Positions 24,658 through 38,191 are shown, counted from the first letter of the stretch. The stretch: 64,000 nt of DNA from Anthoceros angustus (GCA_010909165.1 VJWM01000173.1:186001-250000); one strand, 5' to 3'. The notes: a model not told the origin generated them from the letters alone. Translations and numbers: made by a program.

Positions 24658-24890
24658 CACCGCTTATCGCAGCTTCTCCTCCTCCTACTCCTCCTCCTTC
24701 TGGTCACCGCTTTCCCCAGCTCCTCCTCCTCCTGCTTCTCGTAGCACAGCTTCCAGCAGCTACTCCTCCTCCTTCCTTTTCGAGACACCGCTTTCCGCAG
24801 CTCCTCCTCCTTGGTTGCTCAAAACACCGCTTTCCGCAGCTCCTCCTCCTTGGTTGCTCTAAACACCGCTTTCCGCAGCTCCTCCTTCGT
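24658..24890 (-). repeat. About 40-bp tandem repeats in the F-box gene 5' leader
   Basis: Minus-strand core gaggaggagctgcggaaagcggtg repeats about 6 times, the last copy abutting the ATG. Confidence 0.8.
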
Positions 24891-27222
24891 CCTGTCCCTT
24901 CTTCTCCTCTTCCTCAAATCAGAGGAAAAGCGCCGCGAATGCCAGATCCCGCTGCACCAAGGTGCGCCACGTACATTGCGCGGCAAGCATTACACTTGGA
25001 AGGTACGAGAGCTCTCACGGGAAGCCCGCCTCTTTCTCCACTGACATTCAATCCACAGGAGACACGGGAGCGGACGCGGGGCAGAGAGACATTCCCCGAG
25101 GGACCTCCTGCTGCTACAAGAAGATGCTACTGGAGGCAACAAGAAGGGGAAGAAGCGAAGCGGGGAAGGGGAGATCGAAGGGCTCGTCTTCCTCGCCGTC
25201 TTCCGCAAAGAGACAGCAACAGCACACGGTGGCCCCTGCACAGCACACTCCCTTCATCACCCCGCACCCGCGTACAGGCTCAACCCCACCGTACCCGACC
25301 GACACGCGCACCCTCGCGGCAAGTATCTCTCCTTCCTTCCACCCTTTCTTCCTTCCGCTGGCCGCCTATCCCCTGGCTTCCTAAATCCGATTCCGGATCC
25401 TCATTCCTTCCTTCCTTCCGCCGAACTCTTTCACCGGCGTCGCAAGACGCTGATGAGGCAACGGCGCGCCCAGCTATCGTCCAGCCAAGGAAGACAGGCG
25501 GACGCGGGAGCCGGAGCTAAAAGGAGGCGAGGCAGGGCAAGGCGGGGCAGGGCAGGCGGGAGGAGCTCTGTCCGCAAAGTATCTCCACCAGCCTCCAGAT
25601 CCAGCCATATAAGGGCGGCGATGTGGCACACAGACAGGCCGCGGCCAAGAGAGAGAGACGGAGGGAGGAGTGTACACCAGACAACTGTCCAGTACACTGC
25701 GCACCGGGATGGCTCCTCGCAACTCTGGATGGTATGTAATGAGAAAACAACGGGCGTCTGCGAGTGATGGCCTGCCACACGTCCCGCTTCCTGCAGTAAC
25801 GTTGCAGCAGCGGCTGGTGCTGGTCCCAGCCCCACCTGCCGGTACCACAGTACGCCCCAGGCATCGGGAACGCAGGCAGGTCAGGGCAGGTCAGGTCAGG
25901 TCACAGGTCTGGTCCAGACTCTGCACCAGCCCGGTCCCCGCTGCTGGCCCAGATGTGAGATGCGCAGAAAGGCAACAGAGACGGACCGCGACTGCAACCG
26001 CTGCTTGTGGGCTGTGGGCTGTGGGCTCGACACAGGTTACAGATGGGGTACGGCAGCAGCCAGCAGCCAGCAGCAAAAGCAGCCCTGGAACCGCGTCGCT
26101 CGCCAGTCGCAACCGGATAACCATGGGGACACCTGCAAGTGGGCACACTGGGCACGGAGGAAGAGAAAGGAAAAGGATGCTCCAACCTGCACCAAGTGGC
26201 CCAGCCCGCCCGGCGCCCACTCCTCTCACATATGTATGTCTGTATGTATGTATGTAGTAGTACCTACACTTGCGGGGGGCTGTACAGCGGCAGCGGACGG
26301 TAACGCTTCATCGCTGCCATGCCAAGAGGAGAAGTGCCCGAAGGAATAACTTCACCGCTTTCGGACTCGGGATATGTACATGGATACGCTATGTGGGTGA
26401 ACCATTTCAAGCAGGTACTCACCAACTGTGCATTTGAGCAATTGGTACAAAGTATGGAGTCTATACAGGTGAGGACAAGCCTCTCCAACCTATCGGATCA
26501 TAGCGGTGGTAAGCTTCTCTTGCTCACAAGGCACTCCTCCCTATCCAAATGCTAAGAGATGGTAGTGCAGCATGATGTAGTAAGTAGAGAAATTTGTTGG
26601 CTTGTCTTGTTTGTTCCGCAAACATAGCCACACACATGCAATCTGTCCTCGATCATGCAATCTTTCCTCGATCTTGGGGTCCGTCCATCCCCAGCATGAC
26701 AGGTATTTCAGAGTTGCTTTCCTTCCAATAGAAAGAAAGTGTCTACAACCGAGGAGCTTTCCCTCGGGCCAATCTTGTCCCGCCAAGTAGCCGGAATGAC
26801 ACTAATCTCCGAGTCCAGCGCAGGCTTCGAAGCTCAACACAACACAACACGATGCCTCCCTCAAAGCAAATGTGTCAGGAGGCTCAATCTCTAAGAGGAG
26901 CGGGATTTAGCAAGAGCCCAAAGCCGGAGCCGGAGGGATCGTTGTGGGGCAAGCAAGTTGCAAGAAGGAGGGAATCACGTTGATATCATGCGGACCTGCC
27001 AATGAGATGGGCGGAAAGGTGTGCGATATGTATCAGAAATCACGCATGCTGGTGCTGGCTGTTCGGAATTAGGGCGGGGCGCCGCGGGCAGAAACAGCGG
27101 GTGGGCCAGCAATGGGACCAGATTCCATGGGGCAAAGCAGCTGGGGCTGCACGGATATGATGGTGTTTGGTGCCATGACTCGCATTCGGGATGATCATCC
27201 GGAATCCGGCTCCGTTGTCTTG

Positions 27223-27276
27223 TGCTTTGGTGCTTGGTGCTTTGGTGCTTTGGTGCTTTGGTGCTTTGGTGCTTTG
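27223..27276 (+). repeat. Octamer array (TGCTTTGG)n, about 6.5 copies
   Basis: Read directly from the sequence. Confidence 0.9.
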
Positions 27277-27617
27277 ATGAATGGAAGTGGTGTATCCAAA
27301 ATACTAACTGTTGGTATAGGTATTTTCAAAGTAAAAAGAAACCATTTGATAGAGAACATAAGAGAAAACTGTACGCTACTAGTAGTGGCAGGTTTTGATT
27401 GTGGGCTGCGTGTGCTGTACTGACGTCCGTCCAGCTTCCAGCTGGTGCCCCTCGTGACCGACGATTGTTTCCATGCCTGTAGCATGGGTGGGTTACGTGC
27501 GACGACCACGGTCGTCGACGGTGACGCCTGCGCCTGGCCGCTCGTCTGGGCGGGTGGGTCACCGGGTCACGCCCTTATGACCGGCCCGGAGCCCCGGACC
27601 GGCAGTTATGGGCGCGG

Positions 27618-27720
27618 CGCTCCTTCGCTCCTTTGCTCCTTTGCTCCTTTGCTCCTTTGCTCCTTTGCTCCTTTGCTCCTTTGCTCCTTTGCTCCTTTGC
27701 TCCTTTGCTCCTTTGCTCCT
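27618..27720 (+). repeat. Octamer array (GCTCCTTT)n, about 12.5 copies
   Basis: Read directly from the sequence; it produces the LLCSFAP repeat ORFs. Confidence 0.95.
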
Positions 27721-29115
27721 CGTAAACGGATACCCGATACCCTCTTCGCTTCACAAATTCACAAATTGGCGGACCTTCGCCTCGCCCCGTCTCCCCAATT
27801 TCTGAGATTCCATACCGCCCACAAAAATCAGGCCCCGACCCACCCCCACTTGCCTAGCTCGACACTCTGTGCCCCCAGGCACAGAGCTTTGGGTCGTGGT
27901 GTTGGGAGATGGCCCGATGATGGTATTCAATATCACCTCCATAAACCCCGCCGCTGCCCCAAAAATTGACAGCCTGATAATCATACGGAAAGTACCCGGG
28001 TGAGATGGGCATTGCTTTGCAAAACCGATGACGATATTTTCTCTTCTCGGAGACCCTTTTTGGATGCGTGCAGCGTTGCCGCTGAGACCTCTGGTACCCC
28101 ACAAGATTCACATCTTTGGTCACTTCCCAGGCTATCATTCTCCCTCACGAAAAGAGAACAAGAACCCATCACACATTTTAGTGCTTTCTTAGCTGTTTTG
28201 AACGGCCCGCCCATGAAAAGGTTGGTTGATGGATGTGATGAGGCTTGACAGGAACGGCCCAGCCTTGCCTTTCAAAAGCCACCTCCGCTTGACCCCGGAT
28301 GGTCAGGTTGTGTGTTGAGGAGGAGTTAGTTGTGGGTCCTAGTCCGAAGATATTTTTCTTAGTTGTGGGTCCTAGTCACAAGATGGTTTTCCGGATCGGG
28401 ACGGACGGGATCAACCTCAACGCATCAAACTAAAAGCTAAAAGCATGCAAACTTCTCAAAACTTTGTACATATGCATGCACACACAGGAAGCAGACGAAG
28501 GCAGAGTCGTCTGCAGGCTGGGTTGGCTTGGGCTGGGCTGGGCTGGGCTGGCCCGGCCCAGGCGGATCTGGTGAATATTCACCGCAACACCCAGGGGTGC
28601 CATTGGCGTCATAAAGCTCGATGGGGAGGCAGGACAGGATGCAATAATAAGAAGCCAGGAGGAAGAGGAAAGCACATTGCACACGAAAGGCAGGCAACAG
28701 TCTGTGGTCCCGCATCCCGCTGTGGGCGATGCGCTGTTGTGCGCTGTGCGCTGTGCGCTGTGCCTCAATCAAATCTGCTGGCACGCTCTTGTCTTTGACC
28801 TCACATGCTTGTGGGTGGCCCTCGGCCGGAACCGACCCACCCACAGCGCCGCTGCTCCATGTGAAGCTGTGATGAGCCGGGCCATTCCTGCATGTGAGAC
28901 ACTCTGTGGGCCGCTCGCCTCTCCAGCCTGGCTCCTTGCTGCGATGAAGCTTCCCGAACTCCCAAGCAGCCGGACTACTCTACGGTCTACGGCTCTGCGC
29001 GTACATATGTATGTACCTCGCCATGCGACGTATGCACGCATGCACGAGTGTTGTGTATCCATGTATGTATGTATGTATGTATGTATGCACATGCGTACAT
29101 CCGCGGAGGAGGTGC

Positions 29116-29127
29116 TTTTGGCGGGAA
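29116..29127. promoter_or_regulatory. Candidate overlapping double E2F site upstream of FANCD2
   Basis: TTTTGGCGGGAA contains TTTGGCGG on the plus strand and TTCCCGCC on the minus strand, both matching the plant E2F consensus WTTSSCSS. It lies about 230 bp before the ATG. Confidence 0.5.
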
Positions 29128-29358
29128 GGCCCGATTTGCTCGGTTTCGAAACCTTGCCATGCTGCGTCTGTTGCACCGCGGAGCTCGGGCCCGGGATGAT
29201 GCGAGCTGGCTGGAGGAGGAATCGCGACGCGCGCATCGCTGCCGCGGCCTCGTTTGCAACGTGTGGATCTGCTGAAATGCATGCATTTCATGGCTGCGTC
29301 GGTTTGACTGATTGCCTCTTCTGGTTTGTGACAGTCTCGTGTCGTGTACTGAGCGGGA

Positions 29359-32300
29359 ATGAGCGCGGCGATGGAGCTGCAAGGGGACGCTTCTCGAAAG
29401 CGGCGGGCCTCCGCTAGCTCCTCGCAAAGGAGGAGCAGCTCGCCGCTGGCCAGCCGGAGGCGTGTGGCACAGCATCAGGACTCCGACTTCTTTGTGCCCG
29501 TGCTGGCCGACGCAGGCTGCGTCGTGCTAGGTCCAGAGGGCCCTCTGCTCGTGTGTCGGGACACTCACCAAGTGCTGCATCACTTGGAGCAGCTGCTCAA
29601 GAGCAACCCCGGGACTCTTGCGGAGAAGTTCCTCGCGGGCCTCCAGTCGCATGTTTCGGATGATGACAATTTGCGCAGGTTTGGAGCAATGCTTGCCCTT
29701 CTGGATCTGCCTGCGTGCATGTATGATGCTGTCTGTGTGACAGTAGGACTGTGGCTGACTCGCAAGAGTGGAGCAGGATTCTCCTACCTATTTCAGGTTC
29801 GGCCAAAGGCAACGTAGGCACGTGTGACAGCCTTGCTCGGGTGTTGCTCTCGGTGGGGCCGCTGCAGACAGGCGTTGCAAATATGCTGCTGGAGAAGCTC
29901 CCGGAGCATGTGGGAGATGTGGAGGCTCGGTCGTCAGGGCCTCTTCCCCCCCTGATGGAAAGTACTGCCAGACTCATCCTCAGCCAATTCCGATGGCTGG
30001 ACCAGCTGGTGGATAGTACCAGTCTTACGCAGAAGCTTGTGGAGGTAGTTTCTATATGCCCCACTGGGCTGAAGAAGGAAATCATCACTTTTCTTCCAGA
30101 AATCGTGGTTGATCGGGACCACCAGATGCTCATGGAGTCCCTGCAACGCCTGCTGGAGGAGGACTCTCAGTTGATCACTGCGGTTATGGAGGCTTGTTCT
30201 AACCTGAATCTCAGTGAGGAGCTGCAAGAACGGGTTAGCGCAATCAAGTCTGCCCTTCTTCTGCATGGCCAGTTGCACAGCATGAGCCAAAATAATGCAT
30301 TCGCTGAAAAAGGATTCATCTTTTGGCAGGTCATTGCGTTAGGTCTAGCCAGCCTCAGGTCATCGGATGTGGAAGACCTGCCAATTCTTGTGCGATTTCT
30401 GTTGCAATCTGGGTCTGGGGTACATGTTAAGCAAGTTGTTCAGCAGCTTCGAAACAACTTGCATTTTGTTACAGTATCAGATGTGCGAGCACCAAAGCCT
30501 GACAGGAAGCAGAAAGGAAAATCTGCCACAGCTGATTGTGAGGCGCTCGTTCTTGACGCCATCCGGACAGGACTTCGTTTTCAAAATGTAACTTGCCTGG
30601 ACCATGTCCCCCGTTGGATTCTTCTTGGTGTGCCCGCACAGGGATCTTATGTCACATGATTGGCAGGTGATCTGTGAAGCTTTCCTGAAAGAAATCAAAG
30701 GCATATGTGGTGATCAGAATCATAAGGTCATTGACATCTGGATACTCCTCATTGTTCACGCCAATGGTGGTGTGCATCGGAAAGCTGTAGAGCAGCTGTT
30801 GGTGAAAAAGGTCAATAACAACGAGGTGGCCCATACTTTGCTGCGCCAATGCATTCAAGGACGAGGACCGTCAGTAAGGGTATGCTAAAATTCCCACCAT
30901 TGCCTGTAGACTCACTCATTGGCAGTATCTGAGCCTGAGCATTGGGGAAGTGAGCATTTGGGAAGTCCTGGCTTGGTTCACATGATGGCTGCTGCAGGAC
31001 TATTTCCGGACGATACTGGCCATCTGCGAGGTTTTTGTGAGAAGCCCAGAGGACATATCCAGGCTGTTTGGTGTCCAAAGCTATGTTTTGCTGTTTGAAG
31101 AGTTCGCCGATTCCTATCATCGGCAGGAGGTGAGTCCTATGTTGATGCCCGGTTAAGAAGGAACAGCAGTCTGGTGATCATTTTAAGGCATACGCGTGGG
31201 ATATGTAGAGCTTCCACCTACTCCCATTTTATACCATCTGTTGTTTGTCTGTTGCCAAAGGTTCTGGGCTCTCTCATAACACACACTGGATCAGGCGTTG
31301 AGCATGAAGTAGGCGCTGCACTGGATGCCCTCCTGTTGCTGGCAAATAAATATCCAAGAGATCTGCTTCCTATATCTTCTTTCATTAATGGTGAGCACTC
31401 CCATTCAACTTATGGTTGCTCAGAGCCCCCGCCCCGTCTCTTGTCATGGAGAGAGTCCTGTGTATATCCTCAAGTGATTGCATTCCTGATATGCGTGGTA
31501 CAGGAATTCTTGATTATCTGGAATGTTTCAAAGACGCTCACCTTCATCAGGTATTCATTGCCGCTTATTATGTCACACGACTTCGTGCATCCCGTCAAAT
31601 TTGCAGGACCCTCAAGTTCTGTAACTTGCAGGTGTATCAAATATTCAGCAGGCTAGCTGTTACTGCATGGTCTCCTGGATGCTCATCAAGCGGTTCGTCT
31701 ATTGCGGATGAGCTTCTCATCATAATAAGGAAACAGGTATGTGTCCATCTCTGCTAATCGTCGTACCTGCATTTGGCACCCTGCTCCGAATTGACCTATG
31801 TCTGCCATGTTATTGTTTACATCATAATGCACAGATCACAAACCCGGAGCCAAGGTATCAGAGAATGGGGGTGATTGGTGCTGTTGGACTGGTTGCTTCT
31901 TTGGGACAACCACTCTCAAGCGGAGGTCCGTTTCTGCATGATGACGAAATCCCAGTTAGGTTCTTTCTAGATTCCCTCGTGTCTTCTGGTTTCTTGGTTG
32001 AAGGTTCGGTGACAGTTTGCTGCCGTGTTAGCCGAGCCCCTGCGGACTGACTACCGTCCACTGCACTCTGGGGCGGCACATGCCTTGTGGTAGAATCGTG
32101 CACAGTAGTCATATAACTCCAATCGCATTCATTTTCTCTGGCAGCCAGCAACTATCGAGGAGGCAGTCTCCATTCTCCATATGACCCTAGAGACGTGCAA
32201 AACATCATCACTACTGCGTGGTTTCTTTTATGATGAACTGACTGCCCAGGTAGAAAAAGGAGTGCTTCATGTGGGTATCATAGAATGGTATGTGTGTCAA

Positions 32301-35300
32301 ACCTTGTATTGATGACTTGCATTTTGTGCACAAAGTTAGACTTGCTCTCCGTCGTTTGCTTTCTCATCATCTCATAGTTCGGTAGGCCTCAACAGCAGTG
32401 TCACAGTTGCATCGCTGTCTGACACTGCTTTCCAGGGTGTCAAAGCATACAACTGAGTTTGAAACTCTGTTTTTGGGAGATATGGATGGAGGTCTAATTC
32501 AAGGGATCTACCCTGAGTGTGGATTACTTGAAGGTTGGTGGATGCCCTTTAATTTTCGTTTTGTTTCAGGGATGTAGTAGAAACACCTGAAACTACGACT
32601 TCATCAACCACAATTTTGTTCCTTTCAACTGCATTGTGGTTGATATTCATTTTCATGCAGGGGAGATCTGGATGAATCTGGATGGTGATGCATCACCTAT
32701 AATTCTGAACTTCCTACCACTTCTAGCATCCGATGACCGAAGGTGAAGCCTTGATATGTTAGCGTCAATACTGGCTTTCTCGCAGTAGATGCCAAGAAGC
32801 ATGCCTGGATCCGATTGTTAGATCGTGTTTCCATACTTAGCAGGCCTTCACATGTCAGCAGCACACAGCCTTTGCTCTTCTTGTGTTCCAACTTCTGCCT
32901 GCTGGCATCGGTGAGAGCCTCTCCAGAAGTAAGCTTTACATCTTGTAGGAAACCATTTTCCACCTAAATAAACCTTTCTGATGCTATTTCAGGTGGAGAG
33001 CTTCACCCATCGGGGCTCGTTAGGAAGCATTGATGCCCTTCTGGGATGTCCCTTGCACCTACCAAAACATGGGGCAAGTTTGCTTGCCTAGACCCATTCC
33101 CTCAAGTTGTGACACTGTATGCTTTGAGGACAGTTCTTTCGGTGTATTATCTCCTGATGATTTCACCTGATGCTGGATTCAGCTTCTCAGAGGCGAAGAA
33201 TGGAAGATGCTTTCCAGAAGACAAAAGGAGATATCTTGCTTTGCACTGTACTTTGCAGTGAATTGGATCAGAGAGCTTGTAACTGTTCATGCTTCCTTAA
33301 GTTCTGATCTACCTGCTGTATTTCTAGTCTGCAATTTAGTCAGCAATTTCTTTTCGTTGATCTGGCAGATGAATGTCTTTTCCTCACAACTTGCTGGTCA
33401 AGCTGAGAGCGTGACTCCAGCAACTCGAGATGACATCCCTGCAAAACTACATAAGCGGCTAAGAAATGTCATGTAAGGTTCCCTGTGAGCACTCTAATCA
33501 TTTTCTGAGAGGTATGGTGAATGTTCTTCTGCCTAATTTCCAGCTGCACAGATATCTCGAGCATTTACTTGAGGAATGTTTGAAGGCGGTTCCTTACCTC
33601 TCATTCCCGGAGCTACACTCTTTTAGCGAAAGTGCTGTCCCGAATGACAGCAAAATGCTTCAGGCCAAGAATGGCCTTATAAAGCCTGACACTACTAAAG
33701 CAGGAAAGAAAGCCGGACGAAAAACCAAAGCAGGTGGGGATGATAATGTGACTCAAAACGGAACCTGTGGCAAGTCGCAAGGAAAAGGCAAGTCTAAGCA
33801 GCCAGATGAAACAGCAGGCATGAACTCACAGGAACATGGTCATCAAACCAGTACACATGCTTCACAGCCACATGTTGCTCCTGCCCTTCACAAAGGGGAA
33901 GGAGGTGGTGGAGTTTACAGTGGCCTTTGTGAAGCGCAGACATGGAAGTATCGGCCTTTGAACCTTTCAAGCATAGGGATACTATGCAGTTTCCAGGTGG
34001 GCTAATCTGGTCACTAGTAACTTTAAAGTAACTTTCACCGTCATCTTCCTGACTGTCACTGCAACATGGTTTCCAGGACTCTGACAAGTCATGCTGCCAC
34101 GATCCTGAAGCTCAGGTGTGTGGATTGAACCTCACACATCAAAGGTGATGTCTACAAGCCGTTCTGCACAAGCCTCTTATCAGCTCTCTTACAGTGCTGT
34201 GTCCTATTTACAGCTTCCACTTGCCCTTTATCTTCTCCGAGATCTCGATCACAAGCTCGAAGTTTGCCTAATAAGGCATGCTCGAAGGCAAGCCCCCTGG
34301 ATCACAGCATGTACGCCCCGCAGAGGACCTTCTGGTTTGGGAAGCATGCTGGATGTACATCTGCTGGAGAAGTTGCAGCCGTTGTTTCCTCGCCTCAGGT
34401 GTCATCTGGACCATGCAGTTGGCCTGATCCTTTCAGGTGATCTCTACAACTCTATGAAAAACATTTGATCCCAATTGGTTCTCTTCTCTGAGACCTTTAA
34501 TAGCCTGCTATTGTCACTGGAGGCTGTGCAGAATCAAGTGGAACAGATGCTTGTGATCATTGGGTCACAGAGTCAGTAGCTGCAGGTAACCCTGAGTGTG
34601 ATAGCTTCAAACCAGCAAATCCTGAGACAGCGCAGGCTGTATTTATAATGACCCTTCGTTGCTTGAACAAGGTATACAAATCAAGGACTGCCGTTTGTAG
34701 CTCATATGGGGGCAAGTAACAGGTGTTTCAATGCGATGGTCTCCTGACGTCCGGCGTTGCTGCTGCAGATCTTGACCTACCCCAGACTGGCCACAGTGGA
34801 GAATTGGACTGTGTTGAAAAGTTTGCTCCATGCCTTCAGCTCGGTTGAAGCTGCAAAGCAAATATTTGACGACATCATGATTCCACCTCCACCTCCTGAT
34901 GGCCTCGAGTATCTTGTGTGTTGCACATTTGCTTACCTGTATGAATTATGTGACTCAGGTCAGTTGGAAGCTGCGACGCCCAAGCTGTCTGCTTTCCTTT
35001 CAGCAGCTCAAATCGTTTGACTGATGAAATAATCACGTTTGTTGCAGCCTCCAAAACCTCATTTTCGATCGCCACAGAATCAGTCTTGGTTCTGAAGGCC
35101 TTGATAGATTGCGTGAAGGTGTGCCTTGAAGGTGGTGGTGACAGTAGGAGAAGGCAGTCCATCTCCGTACGGATACCAGCACTCTTGCCGTACCTTCGAA
35201 CAAGGCTGAGTGCCTGCGCTGGAGCGGTATTGAGGCAAGCGTGGGATGAAGATGAGCAAGGGAAGGGCTCGAAGACAAGGGTGAGTGGTCTCGATCTGCG

Positions 35301-36899
35301 CATTTTGATCGTAGAGAGCTTTCGCAGTTCAGAACTCAAGATCAGTGTGCTCTCCTCGTTTGGTCAGGGGGATCTACTTCAACAGTTGCTGCGAATGCAT
35401 TTTCAGAATAATGAATATCCCCTTGATCTTCTGGAGGACTTTGCTTGCAACGTCATGCCCCAGGTTACAACTGCATGCATTGTCTTGTAAGAATCTCCTT
35501 TTCTTCAGAGCATATATGAAGAGTTCCTTGAAAGTTCTTGCAGGTGGCTAGCAAGGGAGGTCGAGCCGGACTTGCAGCGTATCCGTCCCTCTCTCCTACA
35601 ACGTTTCTAGTGTGGTATCGGGTGCAGGTTGTGGTCTCTTCAAAGATGCACTTTACAGTACAATTTTGCCATGAATTTGGATGCTTACCCTCGGAGAATG
35701 AAACGTCGAAATTGAACGAGTCCTGGTGATCGCCCTGTGTGTCTCTGTTGACAGCACGAGGAGGTTCTTGCGATTCTCGGGAAAGTAGTGAGCACACTGC
35801 CGAGTTTGACTGCTACACAATTCATAATTCATGGCGGCCGTTTACTTGAGAACATTGACTGCGGTTGCAGGTGAAGGAAATCTTGACGAAAGCCAAGGAA
35901 AGGCCTTCGCTCACGAGAGAGATCGTTCTGAAGCTGCTCAAGCGTGTCCAACAATGCATCAAACTTCATGTCTCGCTGGTCAATCTAACGAAGCTACAGA
36001 ATAAGGTAACTTTCTGCGTTTATTCAAAGGTGAACTTGGAGCGGATGATGTGTTGTCTCAAAGGAATGCGGGCTGCCTTTAACGTGTCCGATGGCCAGAC
36101 ACCTGTGCACACTGTTGCGGTCAAAAGTGGAGGGAAGTTCGTCGACACTTTTCTGAAAGGTCAATTTCAGGTACCGAATTACGTTTTGGTTACGTGGATG
36201 ACCCTATCGTGCTTAAGTTGAGTTTCATCTGGTTTTGCAGTGATGGACTTCCTTCGGGCTCAGTATGAAGGCCATAAGGATGCTATCAACGTTCTGGTAA
36301 GCTGCATGTCTGCTAATAATCGTCTTAGCAGCTTTCCTGACCGTGCTCACTTCTGTCTCAGGTGAAGGAGCTGCAAAAGGCTACCAGAATCATTCAGACA
36401 CTATGCTCAGAAGCCAAGGTTAGCTTTTGTCCTGTCTCTAGCTTGCATGAATTCTCACCTTGGAGGAGAACCGAAAGACCTCAATACACGCTTGTCCGGA
36501 TGTTGGTAGGGCCAAAGAAGATGCCTGTTACATGCAAAGTGCCTTTTGTGAAACGATCAATGGAGCGTTATGTCTTTTGCGTGAAAGCTTTGCTGCACGG
36601 CACCTCTCACGGAGATTCATTCTGGATGGGTAGCTTTTCATTTGGCAGTGTCGATTACTTGGAGCTCAACGGTGCGATTTCCCAGTACTGATGGATGACA
36701 TGAATGCTGGTTTCTTTCAACAGGTAATCTCAGACATAAGGACCTTCAAGGGCGCGAAGTCGGTTCTCAACTAACAACAAGCGACGAGGAACCCGAGGAC
36801 GATCAATTAGACCTGGACGACGATAGGGAGGAGAATGGGGATAACGACGGACATGATGGTGTTGCTTCAGAAGATGGCTCGGAGGAACCAACCTTCTGA
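29359..36899 (+). CDS. FANCD2: Fanconi anemia group D2 protein homolog, multi-exon
   Basis: Motifs include ARLILSQFRWLDQLVDSTSLTQKLVEVVSICPTGLKKEIITFLPEIV and EDLPILVRFLLQS. The monoubiquitination motif DELLIIIRKQ-ITNPEPRYQRMGVIGAV has its lysine at 31731-31733 (human VIRK561QL). The C-terminus reads KELQKATRIIQTLCSEAK, VPFVKRSMERYVFCVKALL and FWMGNLRHKDLQGREVGSQ, then an acidic tail; TGA at 36897-36899. Confidence 0.93.
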
Positions 36900-37825
36900 T
36901 TCTGGGCGGGGCTAGAGCTGACTTATCCCTTGCTTCCGCAAATCGCTAACGCGAGAACCGCCCGTTGGGGCCGTTCGAATTCGCCGCTGCAGGAGGCAGA
37001 TCACCCGGCATGCCTCTCGATTCATGAGTTGGCTGCCGCTCGAGCTGCTCAGGGCTGTTGCGTTGCGCAAGGGATTGCAACAAAGCCGCGTCCTTGTAGG
37101 TGCTCGATGTCCCAGCATTTGAATTTGTTCTCCTGAAGTTCTGGATTTATCACTGTGAGAACACTCGTGTCTGTGATGTGTACACCCACAAGTAGCTCGT
37201 CCTCAGAAATTCATGCATGTGGGAATCACACCGGTTAAGAACATCAAATTCTAGAAATGAACACAAAGGTTCTCTGTACAGCACCTCTGCTTCAGAATAC
37301 AGTCAAACCCATCTAATTGGGACCCCTATAAATGGAACCCACTTTAAATGGGACGCCCGGGCTTACTCCCTTGAATGTGCTACATGCTAAATGGGAAACC
37401 CCTCTAATTTGTAAATGGGAACATGTCTCCCAAACATTCAATGCAAGTACACAAGGGAAAATACATATTTTTTTAAAAAAATAAAAATAGAGGAAATCAT
37501 CTTATCGAGATTAAATCATGAGTTATTGAGATAATGTCAAGTTAAAGGCTATCAAGATTATATCATAAAACATAGACATCTAGATTGGGCCTATATGTAG
37601 TAGTTACATACACTATGCTTTGTTATGGTAGTCAAGATTTTATTGAGGTGAAAAAACGATGGGAAAAGCCCATCTAGGAGGGGACAACCAAAGGGGACCA
37701 GGGGTCGAGGTGAAGAGGAGCAAATAAGCTCCCTACCTAAAGTCACCTACTGCACCCACAATGTCATATGCCGGAAGAATAAACGGCCTGCAAACCACGG
37801 AGGTAGAGGAAGATGTGTCACCTAC

Positions 37826-38005
37826 TATAATGATATAATATTATATGTATAGGATACATATACAGGACACGTATGAAAGATACGGTGTGGATAGGATCAG
37901 AAGTACAGTTCACCGTAGTGAGTCATATGCTAAGTTTAGAGTAATAGTCCTGGGATGTTAAATACACGCCCCGAGCTCAGAGGGGCAGCTTTCCTTGCCA
38001 TTACA
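37826..38005 (+). repeat. Extra copy of the Ty3 5' LTR followed by an intact tRNA-iMet PBS (in copy 1 of the duplicated block)
   Basis: TATAATGATATAAT..CCATTACA is followed by TGGTATCAGAGC at 38009-38020. Confidence 0.9.
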
Positions 38006-38191
38006 TTTTGGTATCAGAGCCTTCGACCAGCACTTCGAGAGTGGCGTCGGATGACTCACGTAGCTGATCGTGAAGTTTCCTATGGCAGGAAAGGTTGTGG
38101 AGGATCGAATAGGTGTTGTGTACACCTCTCCTAGCCATGGAAAACCCCTCACCGGGAGAGCTCAATAGGACTTGGAAGCCCGACACGAGGC

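Noticed and set aside
37826-38191. Independent solo LTR or truncated second Ty3 insertion
   Set aside because: It has the same left flank as 40786 and ends exactly at the duplication junction, so it is part of the duplicated block.
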